A stretch of 27,864 bases of DNA from Candidatus Methylomirabilia bacterium (GTDB lineage: Bacteria > Methylomirabilota > Methylomirabilia > Rokubacteriales > CSP1-6): contig JBGPZN010000001.1 of NCBI GenBank assembly GCA_041493815.1, positions 1-27,864 on the forward strand. Direction: 5' to 3'. Position numbers and translations under genes: made by a program. The notes under the pieces are model-generated. The model was not told where the DNA came from and did not search any database. It saw only the letters and a program-made list of their open reading frames with translations. Shown piece after piece: positions 24,518 through 27,864 of the stretch; the stretch's first letter is position 1, and each line of letters opens with the position of its first letter.

Positions 24518-24952
24518 ATGCTCACGCCAGGAGCCAAGGCGCCCGACTTCGTGGGCCGCGATCACACCGGCAAGACCGTGACGTTGTCGGACTTCGCCGG
24601 CCGGCCCGTTGTCCTGTGGTTCTTCCCGAAGGCCGATACCCCAGGCTGAACGGCGGAGGGTTGCGGGTTCCGCGACCTCAAGGCCGACTACGACACGAAG
24701 GGGGCCGTCATCCTCGGCGTCTCCTTCGATACCCCCGCCGAGAACAAGGCGTTCGCCGACAAGTACAGCTTCAACTTCCCGCTGATCTGCGACACCGATC
24801 GGAAGATCGGCACGGCCTACGGCGCCAACGCCGATCCCGCCAAGGGCGCGCAGCGCGTCGGCGTGGTGATCGCCAGGGACGGCACGATCAAGGAGTGGCA
24901 CGCGAAGGTGGATGCCCGGACCTGGCCGGCGCAGGTGGTGCAAACGCTGTAG
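24518..24952 (+). CDS. bcp: BCP/PrxQ peroxiredoxin, selenoprotein (TGA at 24647-24649 = peroxidatic Sec44)
   Basis: [11 protein letters not shown]...[25 protein letters not shown]...GVSFD...[14 protein letters not shown]..., continuous frame to TAG 24950-24952; GGAGG SD; SECIS-like hairpin. Confidence 0.92.
24656..24679 (+). promoter_or_regulatory. Putative bacterial SECIS element of the peroxiredoxin gene
   Basis: GAGG(G)UUGCG[GGUUC]CGCGACCUC: about 9-10 bp stem with one bulged G and one G-U pair; loop starts 16-17 nt after UGA. Confidence 0.72.
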
Positions 24953-24956
24953 GGCT

Positions 24957-26177
24957 TCAGATCCCGGCCAGCTCGAGTGCGGCGCCGAGCAGGGTGTTGG
25001 CGCCGTACTCGATGTCGTCCATCGGCGTGAATTCCTCCTCGCAGTGGCTGCGCCCGCCGCGCGAAGGCACGAACACCATGCCCGTCGGGCCGATCGCCGC
25101 CATGTACTGGGCGTCGTGGCCGGCGCCCGAGAGGATCCGCCGGTGGCGGGCGCCGGCCGCCCCGGCGGCGCGCTCGACGGCGTCGACCACCTCGCGGTCG
25201 AACGGCGTGTAGGGCACGCGCCAGTAGTGCTCCAGCTCGTAGGTCACGCCCTCGCGCGCACACGCCTCGGCCACGACGCGATCGAGCAGCGGCCGCGCGC
25301 GGTCGAGCGTGGCGTCGCGGGGATCGCGCATGTCGATCGACAGGCTGACGCGGCCGGGGATGGCGTTGACGATGTTGGGCGCCACCGTGAGGTTGCCGAC
25401 GGTGGTGACCAGATCGCCGCCGAGCTGGCGGGCGATGCCGCGCACACCGGCGACGACCTCGGCGGCGGCGACGAGCGCGTCGTGGCGGATGCGCATCGGC
25501 GTGGGGCCGGCGTGGTCCTGCACGCCGTGGAGCGTCAGCCGCGACCACGCGATGGCCACGATGCCCTCGACGACGCCGACCGCCAGCCCCTCCTCCTCGA
25601 GCTGCGGCCCCTGCTCGATGTGCAGCTCCAGGTAGGCGCGCAGCGGGCGCGGCACGCACGGCTCGGATCCCAGGTAGCCGATGCGCTCCAGCTCGTCGAC
25701 CAGGCGCAGGCCGTCCTTGTCGCGCGCGTTGTAGGCGTCCTCCAGCGCGATCTTGCCGGCCATCACGCCGCTGGCGATCATCGCGGGCTGAAAGCGCGCA
25801 CCCTCCTCGTTGGTGAAGATCACGAGCGTCACCGGGTGGCGCGTGCGGACGCGCTGGTCGTTCAGCGTGCGGATCGCCTCCAGCGCGCAGAGCACGCCGA
25901 GCTGGCCGTCGTACTTGCCGCCGGTGGGAACGGAGTCGACGTGCGAGCCCATCATCACCGGTGGGCGGCCGGGCTCGCCGGCCCGCTCGCCGAAGATGTT
26001 GCCCATCTGGTCCACGGTGACCCGCAGGCCGGCCTCGCGCATCCAGGCCATCATGAGATCGCGGCCGCGCTTGTCCTCGTCGCTGAGGGCCAGGCGGGTG
26101 AGGCCGCCGCGCTCGGTCGCGCCCACCCGTCCGAGCTCCTCGATGGTCGCCTCCAGCCGCTTGCGGTCGATCCTCAT
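24957..26177 (-). CDS. M20 family Zn amidohydrolase (N-carbamoyl-L-amino acid/allantoate amidohydrolase type)
   Basis: GGLTRLALSDED, GSHVDSVPTGGKYDG.LGV, EEGARF, ELHIEQGP, HAGPTPM, SGAGHDA, SH...E; GGAGG SD before ATG 26177. Confidence 0.93.
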   Translation of the reverse strand: MRIDRKRLEATIEELGRVGATERGGLTRLALSDEDKRGRDLMMAWMREAGLRVTVDQMGNIFGERAGEPGRPPVMMGSHVDSVPTGGKYDGQLGVLCALEAIRTLNDQRVRTRHPVTLVIFTNEEGARFQPAMIASGVMAGKIALEDAYNARDKDGLRLVDELERIGYLGSEPCVPRPLRAYLELHIEQGPQLEEEGLAVGVVEGIVAIAWSRLTLHGVQDHAGPTPMRIRHDALVAAAEVVAGVRGIARQLGGDLVTTVGNLTVAPNIVNAIPGRVSLSIDMRDPRDATLDRARPLLDRVVAEACAREGVTYELEHYWRVPYTPFDREVVDAVERAAGAAGARHRRILSGAGHDAQYMAAIGPTGMVFVPSRGGRSHCEEEFTPMDDIEYGANTLLGAALELAGI

Positions 26178-26194
26178 GTCGCCTCCCAGCGCGA

Positions 26195-26200
26195 ATTGTA
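26195..26200 (-). promoter_or_regulatory. Putative -10 element (TACAAT) for the M20 hydrolase
   Basis: TACAAT 17 nt upstream of ATG 26177 in an AT-rich patch. Confidence 0.45.
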
Positions 26201-26216
26201 GAACCGTACAACTTAT

Positions 26217-26246
26217 TTGACCAATCCTCTCGCTCCCACCTATGCT
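26217..26246 (+). promoter_or_regulatory. Putative sigma70 promoter TTGACC-18-TATGCT
   Basis: Near-consensus -35 and -10 upstream of the Ig-repeat gene. Confidence 0.55.
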
Positions 26247-26316
26247 GGTCGAGGTGCCGCCTCGACCGCCCCCGGCAGCACCAATGACCCCAGGCGGGAC
26301 GAGCCGGAGGACCGAC

Positions 26317-27864
26317 GTGACGCTTCGCCCGATGGGGTTACTGCTGGCGCTGCTGGCCCTGGCCACGGCGGTGACCGCTGCCGCCGCCGAGGCGCCGCGC
26401 GCCGAACTACCCACGTACGGCCCCGGCGATCGCTGGGTCCGCAGCGACGGGCTCTACGAGATGGTCCGGATCGACGACGGCGTCTACGTCTTCGCCGCGT
26501 CGGGGCGCGAGTTCCGCCTGGGCCGCACGCTGGGCCTGGCCCGCATCAACCGCGGCCCCGCCGCCCACGATTTCTCGCCCCCGTTCGAGTTGAAGTGGCC
26601 GCTGAAGGTGGGGGAGCGCACGAGTCATCGCGGCGTGTGGCGCTACCCGCCGCGCCCCGGCGTGCCCGACTCGCGTGGAGGCCACTCGCCGGCGACCCTG
26701 TCCTCGAGCGTCGAGGCGTGGGAGGACGTCCAGGTGCGTGGCGGCACGGTCAAGGCGTTCCGCATCGAGTTCACCGCGCACAACGAGCGCACCAACCGGG
26801 ACCTCACGCTGCAGCTCTGGTATGCGCCCGAGACGCGCCAGTACGTGAAGGGCGCCAGCGAGATCAACCTGGGTAACTGGGAGGTCGTGGCCTTCGACCG
26901 CCCGGGGACGGCGGGGCTCGACATCATGATCGCGGAGCCACGCGATCAGGCGCGCGTCAGCGAGCCCATGCATCCGTTCGACGTGCGCGTTCGCTCGGCC
27001 AAGGGTGTGACCCGGGTGGCGCTGAGCCTCAACGGGGCGGAGATCGCCGCGCGCGACGAGCGCGGGGGCCGGCCGGAGATGGTGCTGCGCCAACCGATCC
27101 GGCTCCGCGAGGGGCGCAACGTGGTTCTCGTCACCGCCACCGAGACCGACGGTACGAGCCGCCAGGAGTCACGGGTGATCACCTACGAGCGTTCCGCGAC
27201 CGGCGCGGCGCCGCCGACCCGCTCCTTCACGCCGGGGCCGGCCGCGGCGCCGCCGCTGACCGTGGCCCTGAGCTCGCCGGCCGACCGCGCGCGGCTCGAG
27301 CAGGCCGCCATCGCGGTGGCCGGAGTGGTCTCGGGTGGGCGTGGGATCGCCCGCGTGACGGTGACGCTGAACGGCAGCGAGATCACGCGCCGCGACGAGA
27401 CACCGCCGGCGCGGGCGGTGCCGCTCAACCTGCCGGTCACGCTGCGCGAGGGGCAGAACACGCTGGTGGTCACCGCCACCGACGTGGACGGCGGCGTCCA
27501 GCAGGAGGTGCGCGCGGTGGAGTACGCGCGGCCGGCGCCGCTGACGGTGGTGGTGCGTTACCCCGAGGACCGCGCGCGCGTCGCCGAGGAGTCGAGCGTA
27601 GTCGCCGTGGTCGTCACGTCGAGCAAGGGGGTGGCGCGCGTGACCGTGAGCCTCAACGGTACCGAGGTCGCCCAGCAGGCCGAGCGCACGCCCCCGACGT
27701 CGCTCGTCGTGAGCGCGCCGGTCACGCTGCGCGCGGGCGCCAACGCGATCGTCGTCAGCGCGACGGACACCGCCGGCACCACGCGTCAGGAGGTCCGCAC
27801 GATCACCTACGATCCGCCCCGGGTCGCCGCCACGCCGCCGGCGGCGGAGGCGGCGCCGCCGCTG
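26317..27864 (+). CDS. Secreted multidomain protein with N-terminal beta-rich domain and tandem Ig-like repeats; runs off window end
   Basis: GGAGGA SD then GTG 26317; open for 516 codons to the edge (absent from track because it has no stop); signal peptide MGLLLALLALATAVTAAAA-E; three about 90-aa repeats. Confidence 0.85.
   Translation, partial: MTLRPMGLLLALLALATAVTAAAAEAPRAELPTYGPGDRWVRSDGLYEMVRIDDGVYVFAASGREFRLGRTLGLARINRGPAAHDFSPPFELKWPLKVGERTSHRGVWRYPPRPGVPDSRGGHSPATLSSSVEAWEDVQVRGGTVKAFRIEFTAHNERTNRDLTLQLWYAPETRQYVKGASEINLGNWEVVAFDRPGTAGLDIMIAEPRDQARVSEPMHPFDVRVRSAKGVTRVALSLNGAEIAARDERGGRPEMVLRQPIRLREGRNVVLVTATETDGTSRQESRVITYERSATGAAPPTRSFTPGPAAAPPLTVALSSPADRARLEQAAIAVAGVVSGGRGIARVTVTLNGSEITRRDETPPARAVPLNLPVTLREGQNTLVVTATDVDGGVQQEVRAVEYARPAPLTVVVRYPEDRARVAEESSVVAVVVTSSKGVARVTVSLNGTEVAQQAERTPPTSLVVSAPVTLRAGANAIVVSATDTAGTTRQEVRTITYDPPRVAATPPAAEAAPPL
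26917..27813 (+). repeat. Three intragenic Ig-like (Big/glucodextranase-B-like) domain repeats
   Basis: Units at about 26917-27189, 27256-27525, 27541-27813 share L.V....P.D.AR.....GV.RV..SLNG.EI......P..LREG.N...VTATD..G..QE.R.I.Y; CCGGTCACGCTGCGCG identical at 27433 and 27718. Confidence 0.85.

Noticed and set aside
1-27864. CRISPR arrays, tRNA/rRNA, IS elements, intrinsic terminators
   Set aside because: No spaced direct repeats, cloverleaf-like segments, transposase/integrase motifs or clear hairpin plus U-tract found by eye.

Overview
Very GC-rich, densely coding bacterial chromosome window; style and gene content suggest a Candidatus Rokubacteria/Methylomirabilota-like organism (inference). 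About 30 metabolic, redox, membrane and transport genes, many joined by 1-4 bp start/stop overlaps. No rRNA, tRNA, CRISPR array, IS or prophage was seen. Most long ORFs in the supplied track are GC-rich shadow frames. Highlights: (1) two selenoprotein genes the ORF track splits at in-frame TGA, a DsbA-like protein (UPYC) and a BCP/PrxQ peroxiredoxin (TPG-U-TAEGC), each followed by a SECIS-like hairpin with a GGU apical loop; (2) an unannotated multi-pass membrane protein with two D-x3-H-x12/13-H motifs spaced like the PmoC/AmoC metal sites, translationally coupled to a Cys-substituted ClpS and without pmoA/pmoB in the window; (3) a fused double acyl-CoA dehydrogenase whose halves carry complementary parts of one FAD/active site, in an operon with a missed 43-aa membrane peptide, a MaoC hydratase and a family III CoA-transferase; (4) several apparently leaderless genes and overlapping divergent -10 elements; (5) a probable CTG-initiated, nucleophile-less hydrolase-fold lipoprotein; (6) a secreted Ig-like repeat protein running off the right end.
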